A stretch of DNA of 64,000 nucleotides from Geosiphon pyriformis uo1. Taxonomy: Eukaryota > Fungi > Glomeromycota. The stretch is taken from NCBI GenBank assembly GCA_016748015.1, contig JAAOMT010000710.1, positions 1 through 64,000 on the forward strand, read 5' to 3'. Shown piece after piece: positions 1-13,215 of the stretch. Each line of letters begins with the position of its first letter. The first letter of the stretch is position 1. The notes under the pieces were generated by a model. That model was not told the origin of the DNA. It saw only the letters and a list, made by a program, of their open reading frames with translations, and did no database searches. The translations under genes were made by a program, and so were the position numbers.

Positions 1-123
1 TACCCTTCTCCCCTTTTTTTCCTCTTGGATGATTTTATCATTCAATAGCAAAAAATTTTCCCTCCTTCCGAAACGTTTGAAACAACTGGTTGTTCCCGAG
101 TGTATCAAACCACCTGCCACAGC

Positions 124-2127
124 ATGGCAGAAGAAGAGTCACAAGTAAGCGTAGTTCCGTCAATCCTGGATGTCCCATTAAGGGATGGAACAAATGCGAC
201 AAATGCTTCATTCAGGAGGGTTCCGCATTCCCGATCATCTTCTACTTCCTCTGCAGCTTCAATTCATGGCTTAGAGGATTCGTTTGAATTTATTGGGTCT
301 GACTCTCGAGACTTAAATAACATAGATTTGCACATCAATGGAAATTCACAAGGTAAATATATATATTCTCTGAATACTGCTAGTCACATAATCAAAATAA
401 TTTCTTTTTACTGACACTTCTCGATATGAAAAGAAGGTGAATATGCTGATGCATATAGTTCGTCTCCTTCAGAAAATGAAGAAGATGGTCAAAATTTTCC
501 CGACGAAGAAGATGTCATAAATCCATCCCAAAGACTGGCAAAGCTTCGCAATACCAAACGTCAGCCATTTTCCACCCCTACCAATTTTCGTGTACTGTAT
601 GTTGGTTCGCCCCCAAATGAGCAGTTGAAACAGACGCTGTTTCACAAATTTGCCGAAGCCCTTTCTAGCATTTTTTGGGAAGAGGCTAACAGCAATCTTC
701 AAAGCAGTGACATTGGTCCGGAAAAAAAGAGCAATCTCTTACCTATAAGTAATTATCAAGAAGCTAGACTTGAATATTACCATGATTCTGGGGTCGCCAT
801 TAGCGAAGCAGATTTTACTAATCGCCCTTACGAGGAAGTTCTGACCTATCTTCAAAATCAATTCCAGAAAAAAGAGAACGACGATGATCTGATTGACTTA
901 TGCATTTTTTTTATTCCCACCGACATCATAATTTTAAGCCGTGACATTCTACCTTTCATGAAAAAGTTACAAGGAAAAGTTACCCTTTTCCCGCTAATCG
1001 CATCAATAAATGACCTAAATGTTTCTGGAATTTACTTCAGAAATGAATGTGAAGAACAACGGCGTTCTATTGCTAAATTTTTTGAAGATAACGGAATAGA
1101 TATCTTCATCTGGAAAGAAGACGGTTTAGTTCACGACCGCAATGCAAAAGGGGAACAGATATCTGGCTGGGTTGAAACAATGTATACTAAAAAGATTCTA
1201 GCTGTTGAAGAATTTGCCAGCTGGGAAGCATCAAAAATATTTGAAGATATGCAACTATTGCGAGAACGCTCTTTAGAAATCAGGAAGGATCGGCAGCATG
1301 ATGAAATGGTGAAGAAGAGAGCCCAGAACTTCGAAAGATTTGTTGAGATTCTCAGGACAATAACCATAATGTTAACCATTTTATATACTTTCTATCTGGT
1401 TGTATTTGGAGTATGGAGTTACGCTGAGTGGTCAGTGATTCCTTCAGACTTGAGGGAGTCGTTAGAAGTTGTATCCAGTGCTACCTCCAGGATGCAGGCA
1501 CAAAATATACCCTTTGATACGGCTAATTATGATGATGCAGTGCGATTTGAAGTTACCCAATTATCACCGCGACGTTTCGTTATTGACACATATCCGAAAC
1601 GTCGCAGTGAGTCATATGAGGTCATTGTAAAACATAATCCTCAGATTTTGCGCCAATACGAAGCTAAAGATATGGGAAATGGTATCTATGAATTTGAAAT
1701 TGACCCTACTGGGGCCCAAGGGGATGTTATAGTTGAAATCAGAGATAAACTTGGGGAGATGATAAAGACTATCCAATGGTCTCCAAATAATATTGGGCAT
1801 GTCGCCAAAAAAGGTGCCGAAAATCCGGCTATAAAACAAGAGGCCGAGCAGGGCAAAGAGTTTAGAGGTTATTCTACAATCGCCGTTCACAATATTAAAT
1901 TTTGGGCTTCACTTTTGGTGAACAAAGTTGAATCATTTTTTGAAGCGGTTGGTGAAAATCTTAGTTTTGTCGCCCATAAAGCAGCTTCATGGGCCAGCTC
2001 TACCAAAGAAGAAATTCAAGCGGGAATCCCTATTTTTTGGAACAAGGTAAAAGGTTGGGCAAAATACTTGAAAGATCGCATTAATGATGGTCGTCAAAAT
2101 ATAGTTGCTTATTTTGAAGAAGATTGA
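124..2127 (+). CDS. Two-exon gene: degenerate septin-like P-loop domain, one transmembrane helix and a C-terminal beta-rich domain
   Basis: ATG at 124. GTAAAT donor at 353, CTGAC branch near 411, and AG acceptor at 433 or 436 keeps frame with the 500-aa ORF 625-2127. FRVLYVGS...KQTL sits at the septin G1 position and DLCIFFI...DILPFMKKLQGKVTLFPLIA resembles the septin core (LYFI...DIEFMKRL..VNLIPVIAK). Hydrophobic ITIMLTILYTFYLVVFGVW. CpG retained and no stops. Confidence 0.75.
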
Positions 2128-2540
2128 AGGGTTTTATGAGCATTTACAAGAGTAATTTTTTTACTTCTTAAATCATTAGTTTCCCCATGTTTTAGAATGT
2201 GTCTTGTTATTTGTTGCATATTTAAATTGTAAAAGTTTAACTAGTAATATGAGTAAAGCCAGTTCATAATATTATCAATGCTTTGCTGAAAACATCGTAT
2301 AAAGATTGCCTGTATGCATCTAAGTTTTCAATGCTTCAAATCGTGAATGTGCCAAGTTATTGGAGACAGGAGCTTTAAAGTTGTGACCGCGTCAAATTTA
2401 AAGTTTCCCAGTTTGAAATTTTCGAGAAATTGAGAAATGAACTTTTTTCAGGCTTACCAAGATTTGCTTAATAATGCCTATAAATAAAAATAGTGATCGC
2501 AAAAATAAATACTCCACCTTTTTCTCTTCCTACCTCCCTC

Positions 2541-2666
2541 TTTCCTGAGCTAACTTCAAAAAAGACTGATAACACCGTCACCATCACCCCTGCTACCAAG
2601 AAAGGCTACCTCTACGGGCGTGTCTCTAGTACAAAGCAAAAAGAGGATCTCGAGCGACAAAAGTAA
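2541..2666 (+). pseudogene. tnpA: IS607 TnpA serine recombinase remnant
   Basis: Frame starting at 2604 reads GYLYGRVSSTKQKEDLERQK*, the Y-x-R-V-S catalytic serine motif followed by QKxDLERQ. The rest of the domain is deleted. Not in the ORF track. Confidence 0.85.
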
Positions 2667-2689
2667 CTCCCCTTTCGATTTTCAACCTA

Positions 2690-4315
2690 GGAACTCAGCG
2701 ATATCGGGTCAGTTTTCAATTTCAAACGATCGGGACTTGAGACCCTATTGGAACGAAAAAGCGGAAGGGTATCAGAAATTGTGGCCACCTAGCGTGATAG
2801 ACTTTGGGAATTTGCCTTCGACCTCTTTCAATATACATTCTTCCTCCTTTCTGCAAGACTCAGGGTTCTCTTCGACAATACGACCTCCGACGAGCATGAA
2901 CTCTCACAAGACATTCTTCCCATCAACACAGTCTTTATCTGCCGCATGCAGAGAAGGAGAGCTGCCTGTTTTTGATGAGAGCGCCAGAATAGGCGAAAAG
3001 CGCAAAGGAAAAGCGGGAGCAGCTCGTCCCAAACGTCGGAAGAGGCAGGACACTCTCAACTGTACACTATTAATCAAGGTGTATCCGGGCCATTCTCAAA
3101 GGCAGCTCTTGAAGTGGTGGATAGGCTTGAGTTGACATCGCGACTTTCATACCAAAAATTTCTATATTGGTCAATCAAAACAGGTCTCAATCTACCAAAG
3201 ATAAACTTAAACTTTACACATATCTTTGGGCAGGAAAGGATGCTAATGAATACGAAGACAAGAAACTCCAAAAAGCCGCCACATGGGCGAGCGAAATGTT
3301 GTGTGTCTCGGAATGTTGTTTCGGGGATATCCATGGCAAAGCGCTCAAGAATATTATCGATAAGGCAATCGATGAAGCATTGATAGGGAAGAAGTAATTA
3401 AGCATAATACGAATCGACAAGGTCTATCTGTCATTTCGGTCTCGAAAAGATCTGCGACAAACAATGATAGATTTTTCGAAATCCACATGGAACCGTTTCT
3501 ATGTCACTCATCTCCATAATCCATCAATGCTTACTACGGATCGTTATAAGCCTACCATCGTTCTGGGTAATGAAAAGTGTGCTTTACGGCCTCTTCATTT
3601 CAAAAAAAAAAGAGGGATATATAAGGTGGCCCGGTTCCTCACAAGACAATTTCGGATGGCAAGCTCATTTAATATCGCAAAACTAACAAGTGGACGTTTG
3701 CTTGGGTTTACGAGACGCAAAAGCAGCTCTGCGAAACCCAAGCGGATGGCTCGGTTCATGCAATCCCCATTGGTCCTGCCGTCCGTACACCTTTTACATG
3801 TACTCTCCCACGGAAGGTGTAGGCAAGTTTAAACGTTCTATTGGATATATAGCTCGCATTTTAAGGTACTTGGATGATTTCATTTGCAAAAAGTATAAGT
3901 TATTAGTATCCTACTCAAAATGTAATAATAAAATGACCTGGCGACTCAATAAGGCGATTTTTCGGATGCGGCGAAAAGTTATACGTCTGCAAAGTGAATT
4001 CGATATCATTATCATCCCTCCTTTTAAAGTGTCGAGCATAGTGAATCGCAAGACAAGAAGGATTACACGAAAAACTGTCCGGAAAATGCTATGTTGGACT
4101 CATTATCGCTTTCGATAACATCTGATCACTAAGGCCGAGGAATTAGGGCCCGTATTATTATCCAGAACGAAGTTTGCACATACAAGACTTGTAGTCAATG
4201 TGGTAAAAATCCAAAGAATCGGAGGGTCTAAAAATTACAACTGTCGGAATTGTGAGATATAGATGAAAATGGGGGCTCGGGAGATCTTCCTTCGAGCATT
4301 GCTTGATGGAGCAGG
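2690..4315 (+). pseudogene. tnpB: Fanzor2/TnpB-like RNA-guided RuvC nuclease, frameshifted
   Basis: N-terminal DLRPYWNE...LWPP extension. HTH-like IKVYPGHSQRQLLKWWIG. RuvC-I IGPAVRTPFT at 3769 (DPGVRT with D>G). IIIPPF at the canonical RuvC-II site. RKMLCWTHYRFR. NEVCTYKTCSQCG..CRNC (alternative Glu plus Zn ribbon). RuvC-III DENGAREIFLR. Confidence 0.85.
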
Positions 4316-4699
4316 AAATCATAGTCGCTACATTGTATTGCCTATTATTGATGTGTTACAATCCATCCGTATTAGATACAGAATTTATCATTATTCTTAT
4401 TATCCTAAGAATTCAAGGAAAAAAATAAAGATAATTCAGTGAGATTTTTATTAAAGAACAATCTGCTAAAATCCAAAAAAACTCTTTGGCCAGTTTCAAG
4501 AGACTGAAATAGAAGAAATGTTGAGTATAAACTGGACAAAATGAATATAGACAATTTTTCCCTTACTGTTGAGAAGTTTACAAAATAAATACTTCGATTT
4601 TGATATTTTATTGATAATAATCTGTATATTATAAAAAAAACTAAAGAAGCTTTGCCAAGCCAACCAAACAAACTGCATGTTTTACTTAATTACAAATCT

Positions 4700-6480
4700 T
4701 GTTAAGTGGTTAAAATTTATCATGTTTATTATAGTAATCTAACAAATGAAAACTTTGAAAAAATAGCAACAGGCATATAAAAACAATTTGTTAAAAATAA
4801 ACAAATTAATAATAAATATTTTTAAGATACATAACAAAAATAAGCTTGAAAATTTAAAAAAAAGTAAATTACTTATTTAAAAGTATATTTTAATATTTTT
4901 GCAAAATTTTGGTTTAAAAAACAAAACCAAATTTAAGATAAATTAAAATTTAAAATGTAAATAATTTTCTAACTTTTTATTATAATTAATAGCAATCTTT
5001 TTGAAATATTTAAAGTTTTTTTTAATGTTTTTGGTATTAACTTTGTTGTTTTAAAGCTAATTTCTTTTTTATGAAAAATAAAACTTTCTGTTTTTTTTGG
5101 CTTTTTTAATAATTCTGTATTATTTATATTAATATATAATATCCAATTTTGCTATAATTATAAATAATAATAAATTTTTTATTTTAAATAATTACAATAA
5201 AAATACATTGGTTAATTTTAAAAACAAAACAAGTTATGTTTTTGCATTACTTAATCTATTAAGTTATCTAATTTTAAGAATTAAATTAATTAAATAAAAA
5301 TTACTTTTTTTTGGTTTTTTGGTAGTATTGTTTTTAATAATACATGAAAAATTATTGTTAATTATTTAAATTTTTCTAAATAGATAATTTTTATTTTGGT
5401 ATTTAGTATTTTTCAAAATTAAATTAGCTTTTATTAAGATTGTTTTTTAATTTGTACATAGTTTATTAATATAAAATCTGTATTTAAGAATAATATAAAA
5501 CTGTTTTATATAAAATTTGTTTTTAAAATTTTTTGAATATTATTTTTTAAATTAAATTTTATAGTTTTATTTGTTTTTTTATTTTTAAAATTGCCAAATT
5601 TTTAATAGTTTTTAAATTTATTTTTTTTGTTGTTATTATTTTATAAAATATATTTAAAAATGTTTTTGTTGTTAATATTAAAACAGTTTTTAATACTTTT
5701 AATAAAATTTTTTAAATTATATTGAAATGTGTTAATATTTAACAATATATTATTATTTATTTTAAGTCTTTTAATATAGTTATAATAAAAAATAATATCA
5801 GTATTTTTTTTATGTTAATTAAAAAAAAATTATTATTTTTTATAATTTGTTTAAGACTAAATTAATTAATTTTTTTTAAATATATTGTTTTTAAAATTAG
5901 TAATTTAATTTTTAAGTTTACAGTTATATTTGTTTATTTTTTATTTTTTTAATTTTGTTTAATAATTAAAATATATAATTATTATTTTTGGTTTTTAAAA
6001 AACTTAAATATTATAATTATAAAAACTAATATTTTAAAAAAATATTATATTTAATAAAAAACTTTTGATTTTTTATATTGTTTTAAATATTAAAATCTAA
6101 ATTATCTAATTTTAAATTATAAAATATTTTTATTTTTTTAAAAAAAAATTTTTGTTTAAGTTTATAATTGGTTTTAATATTTTTAAGTATTATTTTATTA
6201 ATGCTAGATTTTATGTTAAAACTTTTGTTTTATTGGTTTTTTTGTTATTGTTCTATTAATTATTTTTGTTATTTTTGTTTTTATAATTGTTTTAAATTAA
6301 TTGTTTTAATATTTAAGTTGTTTAAATTAATTATTAAAATTATTAGTATTTTAGTGTTTTTAGTTATAAAGTTAATTAGTATTTTTTTTTAAATATTAAA
6401 ATTAATAAAAAAAAATTTAAAAATTTAAATAAAAACATTATTAATCTTAAAATATAATATAATATAAATGGTTTTTTTTA
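4700..6480. other. Extremely AT-rich tract, probably end-stage decayed repeat DNA
   Basis: Very few C/G and essentially no CpG; only low-complexity I/L/F/K/N ORFs. Confidence 0.6.
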
Positions 6481-6647
6481 ATAATAATTGGGCCTCACTT
6501 ATTAAACAAATAAAAAAAAAAATAATACAAAACTTTTTTCTCTCTTATCTCCAAAAATTCTCAAAAAAGTGCATTTTCTGAAAAAGAAGTTTTTATTTTT
6601 TCTTGTTAGTTTATATCAATATTTCTTTGTATAACAACCCATTTTTC

Positions 6648-8530
6648 ATAGAATTGGAGGCTACTACAAATAGTGTTATATCTAAAAAAAAGCACCAAAA
6701 GGTGCTTTTTATAATCCTGCTAGTAGTTCTTTTTTTCAAAAGAAAAAAGTTGTCCTTGGTAATATTAAACATTCTGGTAATGAAAAGGATATTTTCTTGA
6801 GTAAATTTGGGCCTAGTAATAACATATATTTTGATGTGGATAGTCTGTTTGGTGATAATGAGAACATTGGCATGACTGGTGTGAATAATGGGTCTCTTTT
6901 GGGCTTAACTACTACTATACCCAAAACAAAAAGAGTTAACACTAGTGCTATTTTTGGTTCTCTACTTGGTTCTCTCAATTTTAGTATAGATAATAATAAA
7001 ATTGTTTTCTCTTTTTACTTGTCCATCTTTCTAGACAAGAAGTGAATTGACCCAAAAATCATTAAAACTTCAGTAGAAGTGTCAGTTAAAAAGTCTTTTG
7101 CTTTGGATATTAATCTTTTAACTTTAAAAAAAAATTCAGCAATGGCAAAAACTCAGTTCAATAGAAAATTATTTTCATTTGTTAATGGTTTTGGGGGGGT
7201 CACTGCTTCTTTAAAATTTGAAAGAATTATCTAATCTACTTTTACTTCAGAAAAAAGCATGGATGTAATTGCTTTATTGGCCAGAGAAAAGAGAATTAAT
7301 ATAAATAGTAATCTTAAGAAACAAAAAATAAAGTCAAATTAGACTGTAGTAATTAAAGAGATTTCCATGAACATGTCTAAAAATATGATTGTCATCACAA
7401 TATCTGAATTTGGAGAAATTAAGTTAATCAAAATTTAATTGATTGGAATGTGACAGAAGACTGTAATAGAATTTGCCAAATTAGATTAAGCTGTTCAATT
7501 GGCCTTAAAATGGTCATTCTTAATCGGAAAAAATTCTGTGCATATAGCCAAGACTGTGAAAAATCATAAAATTTGGGCATCTAGAGATCAGTTCAGAGCA
7601 TTTCTGTTTATCTTGCCAATAGGAACAACAGCACATGACCTTAAGATTTTTTTAGAAGAGACTGATGAGAAAACTTGTGTTATAAATAGATCTATAAAAA
7701 CTGGTAATAGAATTCATTGTGCTGTAATTGGTTTTGCCTCTGATGAGGATTTAGAGTCTGTCTTTCACATGGAGCCAATCTTCAAAAAAGTAAAACTCTC
7801 TTGGACTAGTTTGAATTTGGTTTATTGTGTAAAGTGTGGGCATTTTAAACATTCAGCTCTCAAATATAATGCATTAGATGTATTTGTGCTATCAATATCA
7901 AAAAAAAATTTCTATAAATGAGTTGCTTTTGAGAAAATTTACTTTTAGCTTGCCAAGTTGTATAAGAAAAAAAGTGTTTTAATTTCTTGCTTTGCTGCCT
8001 TTGGTGACAAATTTTGGGCCCAGATGGTCTCATTTGTTGGTTTTTTTGGTAGTATTTGCTTCGGTTTTGGTTTTGGTTCCCTTTTTTCTGGTATTTCAAA
8101 TTCAAGTGGTACCCTTTTTTTTATTTTTGCTGATAATACTTCCTTAAATACTTGTTTAGTCTCCTTAGAATGCTCTTTGGAACTTCTAACAGATCAGATT
8201 TCTGGTATTATGCACAAGCTCAGCAATTTGGAATTGATGTCTTAGGCTCCTTTTCCTTTTTCCTTAGTTTTAGCTACTCTAATAGCTACTAATTTGAATT
8301 TGGGTTCAACAATAATTTTGAACAGTCTTAAGCTAGTGCTTTTGCCTCCTTTTTTTATTGTCTCTGATGTCTTAGTTCTAGATCCAAGTAGTTTGAAAGT
8401 ACTAACTACTAAGATGGGCTTTTTAGAATCTAAGTTAGTGGCTTTTGATATCTCTGTTGGTTTAGTATTAGTGAAGTTAGATTAATTGTATGCTGAATTT
8501 GGTTTTCAAGTATCTTCTTTTTTCCAATGA
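6648..8530 (+). pseudogene. LINE A ORF1 (RRM-like domains, CCHC knuckle, coiled coil)
   Basis: CVKCGHFKHSALKY knuckle. Homologous to ORF 59110-60975. Many stops from transitions. Start appears mutated from ATG to ATA at 6648. Confidence 0.8.
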
Positions 8531-11500
8531 GTAATTTGATTTGAAAAGTTGTTATGTGTAATATTTATGGTATTAATGTGCTGGCTAAGCAAAAAGATGT
8601 TGTGCATTGGCATATAGACTTTGATAATATGATTTCAATTATCACAGAAACAAAATTGAGATCCAGTATTAAATTTTGGATTATAAACAAGTTTGAGGGG
8701 GTGCAGATTTTTTTTTCTGGTTTGGACAAAGGTTTTTTTGGTGCTGAGGTAGCCATTATTATGAACAATTCTTTGGCCCATTATGTTTCTAAAATTAAAG
8801 AAATGTCTGGTTAGATTATTTCAATATGGCTTTTTTTTAAGAGAAAGCTTTTAGTTGTGATTTTGGGTTTGTATATTAATGCCTCTGTTAAGACTAGATT
8901 TGGTCAAGCTTTGGAAATCAATTTTTTTATTGCAAAGGCTGTTAACTTTATCATTTTTGCAGTTTTGGGTGGAGATTTCAATGAAAATAAGTCTGGAAAA
9001 AGTGCAAGTTTCAAGTTCTGCTTGGATCTGGGTTTGGTCAATTTATTTGGTAGATATCTATTGGTTAATACTTTTACTTGAAGCAATTTGAGAGGTGTTA
9101 AGAAGGCCATTGATTATGTTTTTGTAAATGAAAGCTTGTTGTCTACAATAGCCAGTCATAGAATTGTCTTTGTTTCTAATTTCTTTAATATGGATCATAA
9201 AGCTGTTTTGGTTTTAGTTGGTTTGGGTGGTCTCTTGAATGTTTATCTTAACAGTGTTTATAAACAGGCCAATAGAAACAAATAGAAGTTCAAAATCAAG
9301 AATGCTGATGCTAATAAATGAGCACATTTTAAAGAGTGTTCATTAACAAAATTTTTGGAAAAATCATTTAATTTTGTTTGTGCAAAGGATAGTGAAAATT
9401 TGGATATTATGTGGAAGATTCTGAAGGATGTGGTAGTCAGCTCTGCTAATGAGGTGTTTTCTAGATTCTGGTTCAGTGATTTTGAATGTTTGAAAAATAA
9501 ACAATCATCAAAGTTTTTTAAACTGGAGCTGTTGGTGGCCAGGTTGGTAAAGAGTTTGAGTTTATTTTAGAGTTTGAATGCCAATTGTTTTGTTGATATA
9601 TAGTTTACTATTGATTATAAGAAAGCTTCTAAAGTGTGTACTATGCTTGATGATAGTGGGGGCATAGATGAAATTTTGCATTATTTGTTAAGGTTCAAGA
9701 AGAAATACCATAGGTCCAAGTATTGTGAATTGAGAATTGCCAGGGATGTTCTAATCAGAAAAGCAATAAACAAGTGCATGGAAAACTTTTGTTTTGATAA
9801 AAGATATATGATCAAGAGTGTTTTGGAATAGTCATTTTGAAAGGTGGTGCTTGACTATCTAATAGTAAATAATGAATTAATTTTGTTGTCAAGTAAGATT
9901 AAGTTCTTAGTCAATATTATTATAAAAAAGTAAACAAAAAAATAGGTGGTACTTGATTCTTTGTTTGTTCATTAATCTAATCAATATGCTCCTTTAGACT
10001 ATGTTAATAATGGTACATTCTTAAATGTTATGTATGTAATTGAGCCTGATGAGTTTTTCTGGATGGTCAAAAATTTGCCTAATGAAAAAGCTGCTGGCCT
10101 TTCTGGTATTTCTAATAAACTTTGGAAGCATAGAGATATCCAGATTTTAGATGATTTATTAGATATTCTTAATATATGCTTAGTATTAAATACAGTGCCT
10201 ACACAATAGAAACAAGCTTGGGTTTTTATGATACCAAAGCCATATAACTAAGAAGGAACTCTTATTAATACCAGACTAATAGTATTGATTGAGACAACCC
10301 AGAAGCTATTGTCTAAAATTCTGTTTGACAGGATATTTCTGGTCTGCAGTGAATTTGATGTCTTATATGGTAATAATTTTTTGGTTCTAAAAAATACATC
10401 CACTCAAACTCCGATTTTTGCTGTTGGTTCAATAATTGAAAATGCACTAGAAAAAAACAAGGAGCTTTAGTTGGTTCTTCAGAATATGCAAAAAGCTTAC
10501 AATTCAGTTGGATGGTTTTATTTGCAAAAAAGTTTGGCTAAAATCAAAATGTGTTTCTATTTTATAGTGTTTTTTAGAGACATATATAATAATTAGATTA
10601 ATTGGATGATGACTAATTTTGGGCTTACAAATGAGTATGCTGTTCATAACAGCTTAGATCAAAAAAAAGTTTTTTCACTACTAATGTGGAGGATTTTTTA
10701 TGATTCTTTGCTTTGTGAGGTCAAAAGACATGAACAATTGTGTAGTTATAGATTAAATTCAAAATTTTTCACAAAATCTGGTAAGATTAATCCCAAGAGT
10801 AGCAAGGAATTTTTTTTTGCAGCTGGGGCTTTTGTTGATAATACTATCTGAGTTAGAAACTACATGGTAGCTATACAGCACATTTTAAATATTGCAAGTG
10901 AGTTTTTTTTGATCAATAATATTTTAATTAACATGGACAAAATAGTTGTCATTCCTATTAATCAAGAAGCCAGAATAAATACACTTTTTATTAGTAAATC
11001 TAGTATCTCAATAGCTAAAAAGTGCAAATCCCATCAATATTTGAGGATTTTTTTCTTAACAGATGGCTTATCCAAGCTTAGCTTAGCCAAAGCTTATTCA
11101 GATATCAGGTTTTTCTCAAATATGATATTAAAAAAGGCCATTTTTGAGAAGCAGTTTTTGTACTTGGTTTCTGCTGTTTTGCAATCTATAATTAGCTATA
11201 AATTGTAATTCAGTTGTGTTTTAAAAAAAATATGTAAGAAGTGAGACAAAATGTTGAGAAAAAGATTAAAGCTCAAAGCCAATCTGCTCAAGGATTTTCT
11301 AAATGAGGCTTTGTATCATCCTAAATTGTATGGTCTGAGAACTTTTAAGCAAATGTTGGCTGAGAATCTGTTGATAGGTCTGGTTAATTTTGCCAATGCT
11401 AATAAAGTTTTCAGTAATTTGTTCATATATAGAGCCATAAACTTGCAGGCTGGTAGCTAAATGCCCTGATACCTTCTTAGTTTTCTAATCAAATTAATAA

Positions 11501-13215
11501 TTGATCCAATGAATTGTTTTTTGGCTGGTGCAACACATGTCTTTGTTTTGTGCAACTTGTCTTTGAGTGGTGATCTGCCTAATGTTTTTTGGGCTGGAAA
11601 TAAAATTGCAGTTCTGGATGTATTAGGCTTAGATTACTATTTAGATGTGGTGAAATCACTTAAAAAATATGGTATTGTATTTGTAAACCAGCTTCTGAAC
11701 CATTACAGCACATGTTTTACATGAAATATTTTTCACAGATGGAAAAAACTGGACTCTAAAGGCCCAGTTCCTGTCTGGTTTAATTTTTTGGTCAAGTTTG
11801 TTGGTAAAAGTGGTTTTTTATATAGTAAATGTTTGGCTTTTTAGTCTGTTCTTGCTGGTCTTTCTTGTGATTTTGGCTATATTTGCAAACATTTGCTGGA
11901 TCCTGGGCTAGATTCTGTAAATGTCTACACAGATGGCTCTGTCAAAGATTTGGGATCAGTTGGTGCTTGTAGAGGTGCTGTTGTCTATTTCCCAGATGTA
12001 AACACTAGTGTTGGAATTAGGGTAGATAAATTGCTTTTCTTGACTTTGATAGAGCTACAGATTATTGCTTTTGCTTTGAAATGTGTACCTATTTCTAAGT
12101 TAGTTATCTTGTTTATGAACAGTCAAGCTTTATTGGGTATGTGCTGCTCTTATGATAGTGTGTCTGGTTCTGATTTTTGTAATAAATATTGGATCAAAAA
12201 AGAATATATTTGTCAAATCATTTTAAGAAAAAATTTGTCAATTACTTGAAAAAAGGTCAAGGGCCATTTTGGCAATATTAAAAATAAATGTGCCAATTTC
12301 TATGCTGATGCTGTAATTGATTCCAAATCCTTTTTGCCTTTTGTGATTCTATGTTATTTTCTTAATGTTAAAGGCAGACTCATTTCTGAGAATGCTTGTT
12401 ACTTTGCTAGAACTTTATTTAATGCAGTTAATTTTGTTGAGTGGGAAGCTAGATATATTGGTGGTATCATAAATATAAGCTTTAGTGGTAATTTTGATAT
12501 GTTTAAAGCCTTTAGTGTTTGGCATTCAGATGGCAAGATGCAATTTAACTATATCCGTTCAGCATTGGCAATGCCTTGGTCATATTTTATAAAGGCACTG
12601 CACCATCATTTGTCAATAGCTATAAGAAAAAAGAAGTATAATTTGAGATATCCAAGTGTTGCTTGCATTAGATGTGAATTGGTAGAAAACTCTAATTACA
12701 TATTCTCTTGTAATTATGACTGCAATGTTAAGAAAAGAATTTTATCAGATGCAGCTCTGAAATGAAAAGTTTTGTTGGATGACTCTGCTAAAAGGAGTGT
12801 GGTCTCTTAGTCTTTGGATAAGACTGTATTATTTATTGATTTGTATATAATGTTAGCTAAAGGATTTGTTTTGAAAAGTTAGGTGGCTGATACAGTACAT
12901 CATTTGGGAACTAATTTTGGAGGTGTTATGATGATTGTTAAGTTGGTCTGTTGTCTTACTAAGAATTACAGATCTTCTATTTGGTTGCTTGTGGCCAAGT
13001 TAAGATCCTACTATGAAAAACACAACTTTTTGCCACATGACAAGTATTTTGTTTTTTTGGTGTCCAGTTTGTTGTCTTTGTGGTCTTCTCAAATGGTTCG
13101 TGATTTTGGAGTTAGGTTAAATGTTTATGTCTGCTTTGGTTTGCATTTTTGTTTGTTCAGATTGAACTTTGGTTTTTTGAATAATGTTTCTATAATAGGT
13201 GTTTTGGATGTGTAA
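8527..13215 (+). pseudogene. LINE A ORF2: APE endonuclease, RT, RNase H, C-terminal Cys motif
   Basis: CNIYGIN, ITETKL, GGDFNE, IDYVF and DHKAV (APE). AFVDNT (YADD region). VYTDGS...KVKGH (RNase H). CIRCELVENSNYIFSC. Confidence 0.9.

Larger units (their letters stand above)
2530..4370 (+). mobile_element. Decayed IS607-family element with Fanzor2/TnpB nuclease (ends approximate)
   Basis: Serine recombinase motif directly upstream of a frameshifted TnpB/Fanzor-like gene, the tnpA-tnpB order typical of IS607. Confidence 0.8.

Noticed and set aside
6168-6392. Hydrophobic small ORFs in AT-rich tracts (also 50718-50903, 61612-61809)
   Set aside because: Compositional artefacts of near-pure AT sequence.
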